Shown here: piece by piece, positions 10,494 through 18,999 of the stretch
Numbering within the stretch: position 1 is the first letter of the stretch
How the letters are laid out: each line of letters opens with the position of its first letter
DNA from: Candidatus Falkowbacteria bacterium
Lineage (GTDB): Bacteria; Patescibacteriota; Patescibacteriia; CAIXNZ01
Direction of reading: 5' to 3'
DNA length: 64,000 nt
Assembly (NCBI GenBank): GCA_963774955.1
Contig: CAVZGV010000006.1
Location: forward strand, 223,224 to 287,223
Made by a program: the position numbers and the translations under genes
Notes under the pieces: generated by a model
Told to the model about the DNA's origin: nothing
Databases searched by the model: none
The model's input: the letters and a program-made list of their open reading frames with translations, nothing else

Positions 10494-11126
10494 TTATTTG
10501 TCATTATTTACAGGGTTATTCCTATCCTCCGCCCATTTGCCGGGATTGCAGAAAATGTATTCCCGGATACGAGATAATTCATTTTCGTCCCGGATGACAC
10601 GGTCATGGAATGATTTTTGCCATTTGAATTCATCATGCCCAATCCGGTGGATTAATTTTGACGATGTGGTTTTGAACGCGCCAATGATATCAAATAAAGG
10701 TTTAATTTTTACGACTCCCGTTGTTGGTAGGGAACGGTCGCGACCGTTCCCTACGGTGACAATATTTTCAAAAATTAAACCTTTATTTGCGTTCCCTACG
10801 AGATGAATATCCTTACCCAAAATTTTACCATTATCGGCATATCCCGTTTTATCATCATTAAAATTATAATTTATTTCAATAATTACATGGACATGATTGG
10901 GCATAACCACCCATTCATCCACCCGCACATACGCAAAATTATCCTGCAACCATAATAATTGCTGTGTCACAATTCCCCCCAATTCATTCAATCTCATTTC
11001 ATTATCCACAATCTCGCCAAACATGGATTGCCGGCCTTGGGTACAAATAGTAATAAAATAATATCCTGATTGATTATAATCATATCCCGGCCATCTATTT
11101 AATTTTCGATCCGGTCCTTTGTACAT
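10494..11126 (-). CDS. IS200/IS605-family Y1 HUH transposase, REP-associated (RAYT)-like, apparently intact
   Basis: MPNHVHVII HUH motif. C-terminal FKWQKSFHDRVIRDENELSRIREYIFCNPGKW with the catalytic Tyr region. An extra ~30-aa insertion after the HUH motif is encoded by a palindrome-containing segment. Confidence 0.75.
   Translation of the reverse strand: MYKGPDRKLNRWPGYDYNQSGYYFITICTQGRQSMFGEIVDNEMRLNELGGIVTQQLLWLQDNFAYVRVDEWVVMPNHVHVIIEINYNFNDDKTGYADNGKILGKDIHLVGNANKGLIFENIVTVGNGRDRSLPTTGVVKIKPLFDIIGAFKTTSSKLIHRIGHDEFKWQKSFHDRVIRDENELSRIREYIFCNPGKWAEDRNNPVNNDK
10693..10802. repeat. Inverted-repeat-bounded palindromic insert inside the RAYT coding sequence
   Basis: aaataaaggtttaattttt (10693-10711) and aaaaattaaacctttattt (10768-10786) are inverted repeats flanking the perfect palindrome GTAGGGAACGGTCGCGACCGTTCCCTAC (10727-10754). 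A partial extra right arm gcgttccctacg lies at 10789-10802. The ORF stays open through it. Confidence 0.75.
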
Positions 11127-11248
11127 GTCTTTTTTATTTTTATATTTTCCCTACCTCCATTTTACCACAAAAACCCATATATATAAATACAAAAAATATC
11201 AGATTTTTCTGTCATTTTTCCAATAATAAAACCTGTAACATCCACACT

Positions 11249-11284
11249 CTCCCCCTTAGACAAGGGGGAGACACAGAGGGGGTT
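11249..11284. repeat. REP-like hairpin CTCCCCC-TTAGACAA-GGGGGAG plus tail ACACAGAGGGGGTT
   Basis: Same hairpin plus tail recurs at 17976-18010. Related copies at 7854, 11369 and 17224. Confidence 0.6.
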
Positions 11285-11368
11285 GAAAAACGTCCCCCAA
11301 ACACAAACCCGCCCCGACTTGCGTCGGGGCGGGTCGCCATTCTATTTCCGCAGCACGCCACCTCACTT

Positions 11369-11392
11369 CCCCCTCCTTAGACAAGGAGGGGG
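11369..11392. repeat. REP-like hairpin CCCCCTCC-TTAGACAA-GGAGGGGG
   Basis: Read directly. Lies between the RAYT gene and the 1166-aa surface protein gene. Confidence 0.55.
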
Positions 11393-11424
11393 CTAGGGGG
11401 AGGTTGACCGAATCGCCCCCTCCC

Positions 11425-11470
11425 CCCGCCCCAAAACAAAACGACCCCGCGAGCGCGGGGCCGTTTTTAG
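11425..11470 (-). terminator. Rho-independent terminator downstream of 11495..14995
   Basis: Minus strand: GGCCCCGCGCTCGCGGGGTCGTTTTGTTTTG (GC stem, T-rich tail). A second GC hairpin CCCGCCCCGAC-TTGC-GTCGGGGCGGG lies at ~11306-11334. Confidence 0.5.
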
Positions 11471-11494
11471 AACTGTATTTCAGTGAATCAACGA

Positions 11495-14400
11495 TTAACC
11501 TTTGACTAAAGCATTACCATACAGGTTGCCTCTGAAAATGATAGCACCTGCATCGTATCCGCCTCCATCATAGTTAATGCTCCAGTTCTGGGTATCAGTT
11601 TCATCAAAGTAGACCTGAAGTGTATCACCAGAAGTTGTACATCCAGTGGCATCGCCATAAACATACAATTTCTTGGTTGTGCCCTTAGAAACAACTAGGT
11701 CGTTGGTAGCAAATACAAAGGTATTTACACCATCCGCACCACCAATAACATCTAAGGTAGTACCGCCTTCATCTTTAAGGGTCAGATTGCCAATGCAGGC
11801 TGAACCATCAGATAATTCAATATCCATGGTATCAGTACCAACAATTGGAGCAGCTGTACCATCCCAAGTAATATCATCAGTAGCATCAGCCTGGACATTA
11901 AACACAGCCAACAAAGTAACTAAGCTTGGTACCAAAGCTCCAGATGGAGAAGCAGCATTCAAGCTAAAGTATGGCCTGGAAGCATATGCATCATGAGTAG
12001 CACCAGCTACAACTGCAAGTGCAGGAATAATAGCGCCAGATGATTTACCTGTTGCCTGAATATCACCAGCCAAAGCAGTAGTGACTTGTAATGTATCGGT
12101 GTTAACGACAGTTACGCCGTCAACAGGTGCTACATCAGCCTTAACAGTCAAGGCTACACTACCATTGGCAGGAACAATAACAGTATTGTCAGCCAGTTGG
12201 AAGTTGGCAGTTGCAGCGCCAGCAGCAATAGCAACCGGATCAGCAATTGATCCGCCGTCATCACGCTTGCTTGCATACAAGTACCAGTTTCTAGCAACAA
12301 CGCCAGTACCACCGTCAGTAACAATTACCTGATCAAGATCCTGATTTTCAATATTGTTAGCTGCTAATTTAATAACAGCAACAGTTTGTTTGTCAGAACC
12401 GCTGACCAGAATCTGAGTTACAGGAGATGACGCATCAATGGTGGCAGTTAAAACACCAGCACCAGAGATGGTCATTAATTGACCTGCGCCAGCAATGACT
12501 GATGGAGGCCATGTAACTAAGTTACCAGTAGTTTTACCAGTAGCGTTGGTAGCAGTGAAATTCAAAGTGTGATCATCAACTGGATCAGCCAATGAAGACA
12601 AATCAGCAATAGCTGCAATGTTTACATAAGTACCCTTAGCTACAGTAATGGTTTGGCTTAAAGTAACAGCTGTGGCCTGAACATCAGCAGCACCTAAAGC
12701 AGCTGGGTTGTTTGCAGGCTGAACAGTATTAGAAACCTTAGTTTCATAAGCATCACCACGGCTGGAAGCAGCTGAAGTCAAGTCAGCCCAGATTTCCAAA
12801 TTAGTCAAATCATTTGAGTTGGCTAATTTATCCAAAGCCACGCCATCATCATTAAAGTTATCAGTAAGAGTTACAGCAGAAACTCTGACATCTTCACCTG
12901 AATTGGTAGCGCTTAAAGAAGCAGCTGCCCAGACAAAATCCTGAGAACCTGCAGCTACGTTTCTAGAAGCAGGAATAGTCAAAGTTGTAACATCCAAAGC
13001 GACAGCCAAGACAGTCTGAACATTGCCATTGGCAGCAGCAGTAGAAATAGTTACATTATCTCTGGTTGTTAAACCAGTAGCAACGATATCAGTATTTGGA
13101 GCAGTAATATCAGCTCTTAATGTACCTGCTGCAATAGCAGAACTCAAAACATCAATCTTGAAGGTGTATTTGTTAGTACCGGTTGGCACAATATTGGTTT
13201 CAGTAAAGACTGCGCAAACGCCAATAAAGCCGCAACCACCGGCAGCAACAGTAACACCAACAGTATCATTTCTTAATGCTCTTGGACCGCCAATAACATT
13301 GCCAGCTTCATCAACCAATTTAGCATTGGTCAAATTACCTACAAGCAAACCACCGCCCAAGGTCACAGTAACTAAAACCTGAGTAACCTTAGCTGATTCA
13401 CCGCGGACTTCAAAATCCCAAGTTGTTAAAGCCTGGTCAGAAGCCTGAGTGATATTGCCGGTTGCCGGAGAAGTTGATGATTTGGAAACATTCAAGATAC
13501 CAGCACCAACAGTCTGACCTAATGCGCCAGCCATACCTTGGCCATCCCAACCTGCAAAAATTGCAGGAGTCAGATAAAAGCCATAAGTATTGCCTTTGAC
13601 AACAACTAAAGCGTCAGAACCGTCGGTTGCATCAACGTCAATGACATTGCCTGAACCGCCTAAGACATCAACATAAACCTGGAAAATGTGTTTGCCGCCC
13701 TTAGGAATAACAATGCCTAAACTGCCCCAAGTAGCTCTGGAATTTGCATCCCATGCAGACACAGTACCCAATGTTCTGCTTTCTGTTAAACTATATAATT
13801 CAATATTAGCTGAATCAGAAGTATTAGCAGAACCAGATTCAATCACGCTTAATGATTCAACAGTCAGGTTATCGCTTGAACCGCCGACTGAGATACTGGA
13901 AACATAGAATTCAGAAACTAAAACTCTCTTGTCACCTGCATCTGGTTGGCTATCAACGCCAGCACCCTGAGGGCCGACTTCAGCGCCGCCTAAATCAGCC
14001 AAGACAACTATACTCATATAATTGCCCATGACTGGGAAAGCGCCGGTAACAGTTCCAGCTTCCAAGACAACATCAGTAGCAGCAGAAACGCCCAAAGCAA
14101 CAGTATTGCCTGCAGGAGCACCTGCGCCGATGCTACCTCTTAAGAAATAAGTTACAGAGGTGTTAGCAGGAATTTCTAATGTTGGGATGAAAGTGATCAA
14201 AGCTTTGCTATTTGCGCCTAAACTGCCGACATCGCCGACTGTAGCGCCAATAGAATTGATAACTTTGATATTATTGATATCATCATTTGAGCTTAAACCA
14301 GAACGGGTAATATACATCTGTTTGACTTTAACAGCTGCTGAGCCTGCAGCCAACATGATTTTAGCCATGTTAGCAGAAGCGCCTGCAGCAACTGAAGCAG

Positions 14401-14995
14401 ATGCTGGAGTATCAGATGCTAAAGACACATTCAAAGCACCGCCGGTTGTTGCGCCTGCCAAGCCTTTGTCAACGTTAATTGACTGAGCAGCAGCAGTTGC
14501 AGCAGCTGGATCATAATCAGCAACAGCATTGATTGGAGCGCCGATGGTGTAGTTTACAAAGAAAGCGTCAGAAACGTCAACGATCATTGCTCCCCAGTTT
14601 GCGCCGTATAAAGAAGCAGCAATTGAAGCGGTTGATAACCATCTCAAAGTGCCGTTTGCAGCTACTGCGTAAACTTTTGGATCAGTAGTGATCTTGACTA
14701 ATTTAACGCCCGGTCTGTCGGTTACATTGCCGCCAATTGTAATAGCAGCTAATTCGCCGTCAGTAATGGTTTTAACCATTGAAAAATCAGCATACCAAGT
14801 CTTGTATGTGGTCTCATTTGGGAACACATATCTTTTGCCGTCAGCACCATAGTAATATACTGCCGGTAAAGATGCTTTGATCAAATCGCCAGAGCTGATT
14901 GTAGCAGCTTGTGCGGTTGGAACAAATGCAGCCAAACCTACAGCCCAGAAAATGGTCATCACTACAACACTAACAGTAAAAATTTTCTTAATCAT
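11495..14995 (-). CDS. Giant secreted surface/adhesin-like protein (1166 aa) with N-terminal shared domain
   Basis: Signal peptide MIKKIFTVSVVVMTIFWAVGLAAFVPTAQA. Shared domain at residues ~30-145. Long Ala/Gly/Thr/Ser/Val-rich beta-repeat body. Intact 3.5-kb ORF. Confidence 0.75.
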   Translation of the reverse strand: MIKKIFTVSVVVMTIFWAVGLAAFVPTAQAATISSGDLIKASLPAVYYYGADGKRYVFPNETTYKTWYADFSMVKTITDGELAAITIGGNVTDRPGVKLVKITTDPKVYAVAANGTLRWLSTASIAASLYGANWGAMIVDVSDAFFVNYTIGAPINAVADYDPAAATAAAQSINVDKGLAGATTGGALNVSLASDTPASASVAAGASANMAKIMLAAGSAAVKVKQMYITRSGLSSNDDINNIKVINSIGATVGDVGSLGANSKALITFIPTLEIPANTSVTYFLRGSIGAGAPAGNTVALGVSAATDVVLEAGTVTGAFPVMGNYMSIVVLADLGGAEVGPQGAGVDSQPDAGDKRVLVSEFYVSSISVGGSSDNLTVESLSVIESGSANTSDSANIELYSLTESRTLGTVSAWDANSRATWGSLGIVIPKGGKHIFQVYVDVLGGSGNVIDVDATDGSDALVVVKGNTYGFYLTPAIFAGWDGQGMAGALGQTVGAGILNVSKSSTSPATGNITQASDQALTTWDFEVRGESAKVTQVLVTVTLGGGLLVGNLTNAKLVDEAGNVIGGPRALRNDTVGVTVAAGGCGFIGVCAVFTETNIVPTGTNKYTFKIDVLSSAIAAGTLRADITAPNTDIVATGLTTRDNVTISTAAANGNVQTVLAVALDVTTLTIPASRNVAAGSQDFVWAAASLSATNSGEDVRVSAVTLTDNFNDDGVALDKLANSNDLTNLEIWADLTSAASSRGDAYETKVSNTVQPANNPAALGAADVQATAVTLSQTITVAKGTYVNIAAIADLSSLADPVDDHTLNFTATNATGKTTGNLVTWPPSVIAGAGQLMTISGAGVLTATIDASSPVTQILVSGSDKQTVAVIKLAANNIENQDLDQVIVTDGGTGVVARNWYLYASKRDDGGSIADPVAIAAGAATANFQLADNTVIVPANGSVALTVKADVAPVDGVTVVNTDTLQVTTALAGDIQATGKSSGAIIPALAVVAGATHDAYASRPYFSLNAASPSGALVPSLVTLLAVFNVQADATDDITWDGTAAPIVGTDTMDIELSDGSACIGNLTLKDEGGTTLDVIGGADGVNTFVFATNDLVVSKGTTKKLYVYGDATGCTTSGDTLQVYFDETDTQNWSINYDGGGYDAGAIIFRGNLYGNALVKG

Positions 14996-15407
14996 ATTAA
15001 ACTTTTCCTTTCTTAAACTCTTTAACCAATCGCCGGATAAGAAGCTAAGCTGGCCTCACGAGCCCTTAATTTCTATCCCTTTTTAAAAGGAAGATACAAA
15101 GGGGGTTGTGAGGGGGTCGGTTGACCCTTCCTGTTCCCTCAAAAGTCGACTGGGATTTGACCCAAGAAGTCGACCTTTACTTTTGAAAATACAGGTACTT
15201 TATCTCCTTATTTTGCCCGGTTAATCAATCAAAGAGCATTAATTAGCTTGCCATGAACAATAAAGTCCATGTCAACCACATACCCCAAGGCATATGGAAT
15301 GTACCGTAAGGTACAAACTTTGGACTTCGAAGGATTCGAAGATTATGTTTAGACCCTAATGGTAAGTTATAAGTTAGAAGGCAAAAGTTAGAAATTAGGA
15401 AGAAATA

Positions 15408-15797
15408 TTATAATTTACTTTTTAACCTTAGAACTCCGGCGGCTAACATTTTGGTTAATTCCTCATTTTCTATTAATAACTTAGAAATTGCCTCTTTTTC
15501 AGCCAATCCTGTATCTCTCAAAAGATTTAGCCAATATATAGATTCATTACCGCTCTTTAATGCTATTTCAAAAAACTTTTTAAATTCCAGCCTCGAACTT
15601 GCCGCTCTCCCCTCTACTAAATTTGCACCAACTGAAGTAGCGGAACGAATTAATTGATCAGTTATTATCCAAGCGCTTTTCTTATTGGGCAATGTGTCAG
15701 TAAGAGCTATTATAGCCAAACTGAATTTATAACATCTATCAATTAAATCACTTTTAAATTTCGGATTGTAATTTTGCATTTTTATTTTTGATTTCAA
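15408..15797 (-). CDS. Four-helix-bundle protein (23S rRNA intervening-sequence protein family, TIGR02436-like)
   Basis: SVGANLVEGRAASSRLEFKKFFEIALKSGNESIYWLNL matches the conserved EG..R.S..DF..FL.IA.GS..E core of this family. Confidence 0.7.
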   Translation of the reverse strand: MKSKIKMQNYNPKFKSDLIDRCYKFSLAIIALTDTLPNKKSAWIITDQLIRSATSVGANLVEGRAASSRLEFKKFFEIALKSGNESIYWLNLLRDTGLAEKEAISKLLIENEELTKMLAAGVLRLKSKL

Positions 15798-15871
15798 TTT
15801 TTGCCTTTATACTTTAATTTTTGACTTTTAACTTTTGACTTTTGACTTATTCCCATTTGTCATTCAAACCA

Positions 15872-17212
15872 TTATTCCTTCACCGCCGGAACATCAGCAG
15901 GCTGAACTTCAGCCGGAGCAACCAGGAATTCTTCATTCGCCTTAATCACCTTATCAACCAAGGTCATAATGTCATCTGCTTGTTTGATCATATCAAAAGC
16001 CTGACTAATGGAATTACTGGCCAAAAACTCTCTGGCCTTGGCTAACAGTTTTTCAGCCGCTGCCGGTTTATCTTTTATTTCTTCAATAGTCGGTAAGACT
16101 TCTGCAGGTACAGTTTCCACCGGTTTTACTTCTGGTATAGGCTGTTCGATAACAATATTAGTATTGGTATTAAGATTAGTGTTGGTATTAGCTGGCTTAT
16201 TTTCTTCGGTGGTAACAGTATTAGTCTCAGTCTCAGATTCATTAGCAGCAGCAGCTTCAGCCGCAACAGTTTCCTTGGCCTCCAAAGCTTTAGCGGCGGA
16301 GGCCTCGGCAGCAGCCTTGTCAGCAGCTTCTTTGGCTGCCAAAGCTTTAGCGGCGGCAGCCTTATTGGTAATTACTTTTTCAATATTAGCCTTATCAGTT
16401 TCAATCTTGGTGACTAATTCATCGATCCTGCTGTTCATTTTTTGTTTCAAATCTTGCAGAGCAATTTCTTTATTACCGCCTTCAAATTCCTTGACAATCA
16501 CATCCAAAGCCTTGTCTGCAGTTGATTTGGACGCGGTAATGGCCTTGGCAGTTGCTGTGGCAGTTTCATCATTAGCAGCTACTTCAGGAGTTTTTGTCTG
16601 CTGATCTTTAAGTATATCCACATATTCTTTGGTTTTCTCATCTACTTTATTAGCCAGCTTGGCAGCAGTCTTGCTGTCCGCTTTTTCCAGTTTAGCCAGA
16701 CCGGTTTTGACATTATCCATGCTTTCCTGAAATTTTTTCAAAGAAACCTGAAGATTTTCATTTTTATCAGATTTATCGTTTTCGGTAAGCTTCTGCATTT
16801 CAGTCAGACGTCTGTCAGCAAAGACTATTTCCAAATCAACCTTTTTCTCATCGCTATTGGCCAAACCGACTTGCACTCTTTCAGTGGTCAATTTAAAACC
16901 GTATAAAAGATCACCCGGCAAACTATTTCTGGTGGCGCCTACTGTGGTAATATACGCGCCCAAACCAATGCCGATAATCAAAATCATGGCACCCAAAGGT
17001 TTATAGGCGGAAACCATAAATTGTTTAGCCAGCAAAGCATGCCAGCTGATTTTCTGATTTTTCAAATCAGAAGTCTGGGCTTTTATCTGGCTACACAAAA
17101 TCTCCCGATTGGTCTTTTTCCAGACCAAGTCAGGTTTAATTTCATGCTGTAAATTATTTAATTGTTTTAAGAGATCTTTTTTTTGCATGTATATATATGA
17201 AGATATAAACAT
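15872..17212 (-). CDS. Membrane-anchored coiled-coil protein, DUF5667-like, putative anti-sigma factor partner of the upstream ECF sigma
   Basis: Directly downstream (28-nt gap to a REP hairpin) of the sigma gene. One TM helix. LPGDLLYGFK motif as recalled for DUF5667. Ala/Lys/Glu-rich coiled-coil C-terminal half. Confidence 0.5.
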   Translation of the reverse strand: MFISSYIYMQKKDLLKQLNNLQHEIKPDLVWKKTNREILCSQIKAQTSDLKNQKISWHALLAKQFMVSAYKPLGAMILIIGIGLGAYITTVGATRNSLPGDLLYGFKLTTERVQVGLANSDEKKVDLEIVFADRRLTEMQKLTENDKSDKNENLQVSLKKFQESMDNVKTGLAKLEKADSKTAAKLANKVDEKTKEYVDILKDQQTKTPEVAANDETATATAKAITASKSTADKALDVIVKEFEGGNKEIALQDLKQKMNSRIDELVTKIETDKANIEKVITNKAAAAKALAAKEAADKAAAEASAAKALEAKETVAAEAAAANESETETNTVTTEENKPANTNTNLNTNTNIVIEQPIPEVKPVETVPAEVLPTIEEIKDKPAAAEKLLAKAREFLASNSISQAFDMIKQADDIMTLVDKVIKANEEFLVAPAEVQPADVPAVKE

Positions 17213-17223
17213 CGTACGTATTT

Positions 17224-17280
17224 CTCCCCCTTACCAAGGGGGAGACCAAGCCTGCCCTCCGAAGCTTCAGCGTAGGAGGG
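17224..17280. repeat. Two adjacent hairpins: CTCCCCC-TTACCAA-GGGGGAG and CCCTCC-GAAGCTTCAGCGTA-GGAGGG
   Basis: Read directly. The second belongs to the conserved-loop hairpin family (loop AGCTT.AGCG core). Confidence 0.6.
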
Positions 17281-17288
17281 AGGGGGTT

Positions 17289-17852
17289 CTATTCTCCCAT
17301 CAATTCCCTCAAAGCATTCAAAGCTCGAAAAAGTATAACTCTGACTGCTCCGTTTTTCTTCTCTACGATTTCCGCAATCTCATTAATTGATAAACCTTCT
17401 ACAAAGCGCAGGATAATAACTTCTCGATATTCTTCTTTCAGACCCAGAAGTTTGTCCTGGATCTTTTCCAGTTGTATTTTATTGTCCAGATTATCCAGAC
17501 TATTTTGAACCGGTTCTTTATCGAGTAGCAAACTATCACCTCCATTAACCAGATCTTCCAAAGAAACATCTTTCTGGCTGGCCTTGCGATAATAATCAAT
17601 TACCAGGTTGCGGGCGATTTTATAGAACAATGCGTTTAAATTTCTTATCTCTTTACCGTCAATAATATAATGCCAGGTTTTCAAAAACACTTCAGAAGTA
17701 ATATCTTGTGCTTCTTCCTGATTATTTATCTTAAAAAAAACAAAGCGATAAATCCTGTCTATATACAAATCATAAACTTGGCTGTAAGCCTCCGGATCCT
17801 TATTTCTCGCTTTGAATATTAAATATTTTGCTTGGATTGAATTTGGTTTCAT
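17289..17852 (-). CDS. ECF-type RNA polymerase sigma-70 family factor
   Basis: Region 2 (YDLYIDRIYRFVFFKINNQEEAQDITSEVFLKTW) and region 4 HTH (LSINEIAEIVEKKNGAVRVILFRALNALRE). Confidence 0.8.
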   Translation of the reverse strand: MKPNSIQAKYLIFKARNKDPEAYSQVYDLYIDRIYRFVFFKINNQEEAQDITSEVFLKTWHYIIDGKEIRNLNALFYKIARNLVIDYYRKASQKDVSLEDLVNGGDSLLLDKEPVQNSLDNLDNKIQLEKIQDKLLGLKEEYREVIILRFVEGLSINEIAEIVEKKNGAVRVILFRALNALRELMGE

Positions 17853-17975
17853 TTTATATGACGTCTGAATTAAAAAAATGTTACACCTCGGATAACATTT
17901 TTCACTTCAAACCTATTATAGCATGACGACAATTATTGTTCAATATCACTGTTTATCACTATTTACTAAACCAAT

Positions 17976-18010
17976 CTCCCCCTTTTCAAGGGGGAGACAC
18001 AGAGGGGGTT
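17976..18010. repeat. REP-like hairpin CTCCCCC-TTTTCAA-GGGGGAG plus ACACAGAGGGGGTT
   Basis: Near-identical to the element at 11249-11284. Confidence 0.6.
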
Positions 18011-18102
18011 ATGCCCGTGCCTTGCGTTATTTAATATTCTGTTGTACACTATTTTTGTCCACACTATCGTAGACAAATGACAACATAGTGATTAGTGAAC
18101 GG

Positions 18103-18557
18103 GTAAAGATGCTGGTTTGGTGAATGGTGATATGTGCATGGTGTTTTTAAACCTTACACCTAACACTTAACACCATACTAACCTCTTTACCTATTCACTA
18201 TTCACCAGTGCATGGTGAATGGGTTAGGATTCTGGTTTAGTGAATGGTGATTTGTGTATAGTGTTTAAATCTTAACACTTAGCACTTAGCTCCTTACTAG
18301 CTTCTTTACCGATTCACTATTCACCAGTGCATGGTGAATGGGTTAGGATGCTGGTTTGGTATATGGTGATTTGTGTAAGGTGTTTTCACCTTATCACCTG
18401 TCACTTAACACCATACTAGCATCTTTACCTATTCACCAGTACATGGTGAATAGGTTTGGATGCTGGTTTTGTGCAAGGTGTATAGTGTATTGTGATCAAA
18501 CCTTAGCACCCAACACTTAACACCATACTAGCCTCTTTACCTTTTCACCTTTCACCT
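18103..18557. repeat. Tandem array of four ~115-120-bp imperfect direct repeats, each junction carrying the 19-bp palindrome TTCACCAGTGCATGGTGAA
   Basis: Palindrome copies at 18211-18229, 18320-18338 and 18432-18450 (variant ...AGTACATGG...). Units about 80% identical. Ends 12 bp before the ATG of the HTH gene 18570. Confidence 0.8.
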
Positions 18558-18569
18558 TAATTTAAACAT

Positions 18570-18869
18570 ATGGAACAACCAAACCCCATAAGAATCTCCA
18601 TCTCCGAAGCTGCCCGCCTTTTTGGCGTTGACGCCAAGACTATCCGCCGAGCCATCAAAGCCCAGGATGTGCGCTATATTGTGGTCAGAGGCCGATACCG
18701 GCTCAACCTGGAAAGTCTGATCAAGTGGTCCCAGAAGAAAGTCACGGTCCGCAATAAAAGCGAAAAATACGGTCTGGGCCAGTATGTAGAAAAATGGAAA
18801 ATTAATAATAAACTCTTTTCCCCGAATCCAGGCTCTATCCCAACCAAGTCGGATCCTAACCAGAAGTAA
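18570..18869 (+). CDS. Small helix-turn-helix DNA-binding protein (excisionase/MerR-like HTH)
   Basis: ISISEAARLFGVDAKTIRRAIK is a canonical HTH (hydrophobic-turn-recognition helix) pattern. Basic C-terminus. Confidence 0.5.
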   Translation: MEQPNPIRISISEAARLFGVDAKTIRRAIKAQDVRYIVVRGRYRLNLESLIKWSQKKVTVRNKSEKYGLGQYVEKWKINNKLFSPNPGSIPTKSDPNQK

Positions 18870-18877
18870 TACACGAA

Positions 18878-18913
18878 CGGAGCTAAGCTCCGAAGCGTCG
18901 GAGCTTAGCTCCG
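18878..18913. repeat. Hairpin element CGGAGCTAAGCTCCG-AAGCGT-CGGAGCTTAGCTCCG
   Basis: Second copy in the opposite internal arrangement at 40714-40749. Confidence 0.6.
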
Positions 18914-18945
18914 TCTTTCCCCCACATGACTGTTTAACCCAAACA

Positions 18946-18980
18946 AAAAGTTCCGTACCAAATGGTGCGGAACTTTTTGT
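18946..18980. terminator. Bidirectional rho-independent terminator between convergent genes 18570(+) and 19000(-)
   Basis: AAAAAGTTCCG-taccaaatggtg-CGGAACTTTTTG. Confidence 0.55.
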
Positions 18981-18999
18981 TATCTTATTGAGTTCGAAT

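Noticed and set aside
11673-14486. Multiple 60-180-aa plus-strand ORFs (11673..11996, 12081..12332, 13023..13382, 13686..13907, 14160..14486) inside the 1166-aa minus-strand gene
   Set aside because: Shadow ORFs on the opposite strand of a long, codon-biased Ala/Thr/Gly-rich gene. Low-complexity translations with no start context.
15190-15400. Possible small RNA in the 400-bp gap downstream of the 1166-aa gene (local palindrome GTACCGTAAGGTAC)
   Set aside because: No recognisable RNA family features. Likely a promoter or terminator region of flanking genes. Kept only as a note.
16008-16604. 198-aa plus-strand ORF opposite the DUF5667-like gene. Also 46730..47283 ORFs opposite or alternate to the flotillin gene, and 35274..36452 small ORFs inside the radical SAM gene
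   Set aside because: All lie within stronger, homology-supported genes and have low-complexity sequences typical of antisense or alternate frames of repeat-rich coding DNA.
17935-18100. Possible replication origin (DnaA boxes) next to the tandem repeats
   Set aside because: Only single weak matches to TTATCCACA (for example TTGTCCACA). No box cluster and no dnaA/dnaN nearby.
18103-18557. Possible CRISPR array
   Set aside because: Repeat unit is about 120 bp with about 80% identity and no unique spacers. No cas genes nearby. This is a tandem duplication / operator array, not CRISPR.
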